A stretch of DNA of 64,000 nucleotides. Origin: an uncultured virus (IMG/VR IMGVR_UViG_3300035682_000007) (taxonomy: Duplodnaviria > Heunggongvirae > Uroviricota > Caudoviricetes). The notes below the pieces were generated by a model that was not told the origin of the DNA, searched no databases, and saw only the letters and a program-made list of their open reading frames with translations. This document shows, piece after piece, positions 63,538 to 64,000 of this stretch. The stretch lies in IMG/VR virus record IMGVR_UViG_3300035682_000007. One strand, 5' to 3'. Both the position numbers and the translations under genes were made by a program. Each line of letters starts with the position of its first letter. Position 1 is the stretch's first letter.

Positions 63538-64000
63538 ATGGCAACTTTTAAAAAGAAAGATTTAAACGAACTAGTTGGTGGTGACATTAACTCTAGTGGT
63601 GGTGATAAAAATGCTGTTAGTAATAGTGAAATAGAAACAGGTCCTGTTGATAATCAATGGGGTGATAATTCTTACTATGAAAAGGGACAATCAACTACGA
63701 CAGACAAAGTATTTGCTCGTTATAGACAAAATATTCCATGGTTTGCGGTATATAGCTTTGGTGGCTCTCGTTCTGGTCGTGGTATTACAGCTGAAGGCAC
63801 CAAAAAGGTCATCACTAAAAAAGCAATGGAAGAAAGAATTGAAGATTTAGTTAAAAAAACTAAAACATCTGACGTAACTGATAAAAATTATAATCCTAAA
63901 GTAGAAAAATTAATTGATACTATAAATGATAATGATTTAACAGAAAAACAAATGGAAGAATTAATTGCTGCTATTCATGCAAAAAAAGTTAATCAAAACA
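63538..64000 (+). CDS. Hypothetical late protein, partial
   Basis: Not in the track. MATFKKKDLNELVGGD... stays open to the window end; late motif at 63515. Confidence 0.7.
   Translation, partial: MATFKKKDLNELVGGDINSSGGDKNAVSNSEIETGPVDNQWGDNSYYEKGQSTTTDKVFARYRQNIPWFAVYSFGGSRSGRGITAEGTKKVITKKAMEERIEDLVKKTKTSDVTDKNYNPKVEKLIDTINDNDLTEKQMEELIAAIHAKKVNQN

Noticed and set aside
63647..63850. 67-aa track ORF
   Set aside because: Out-of-frame overlap with the longer ORF starting at 63538

Overview
This AT-rich window comes from a large myovirus (distantly T4-like, contractile tail) read in the standard genetic code. The host is probably Bacteroidota: TAnnTTTG promoters are present and starts are A-rich without Shine-Dalgarno sites. 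Most of the window is a minus-strand virion module: baseplate/tube-initiator, tape measure, tail chaperone pair, tube, sheath, gp15/gp14-like neck proteins and about 30 kb of modular fibre/adhesin genes. It is interrupted by a block with a SNF2 helicase (intein), glutaredoxin, gp13-like neck protein and family-B DNA polymerase (intein). Homing endonucleases are abundant (four intact, three relics). Most interesting signals: (1) unrelated proteins, including an ADP-ribosyltransferase-like domain, share N-terminal leaders and (L/I)xE sites, suggesting a capsid-loading and processing system for injected cargo; (2) a 1.2-kb island bounded by perfect 47-bp promoter repeats carries a synonymously diverged copy of the tail-tube 3' end; (3) a likely +1/-2 programmed frameshift in the tail chaperone; (4) a late-promoter motif ATATTTAT, on the opposite strand to the T4 late box; (5) a GIY-YIG nuclease carrying a copy of its neighbour's RHH domain; (6) structured 5' leaders of fibre genes invaded by endonucleases. 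All family assignments come from motif recognition by eye, not from database searches.
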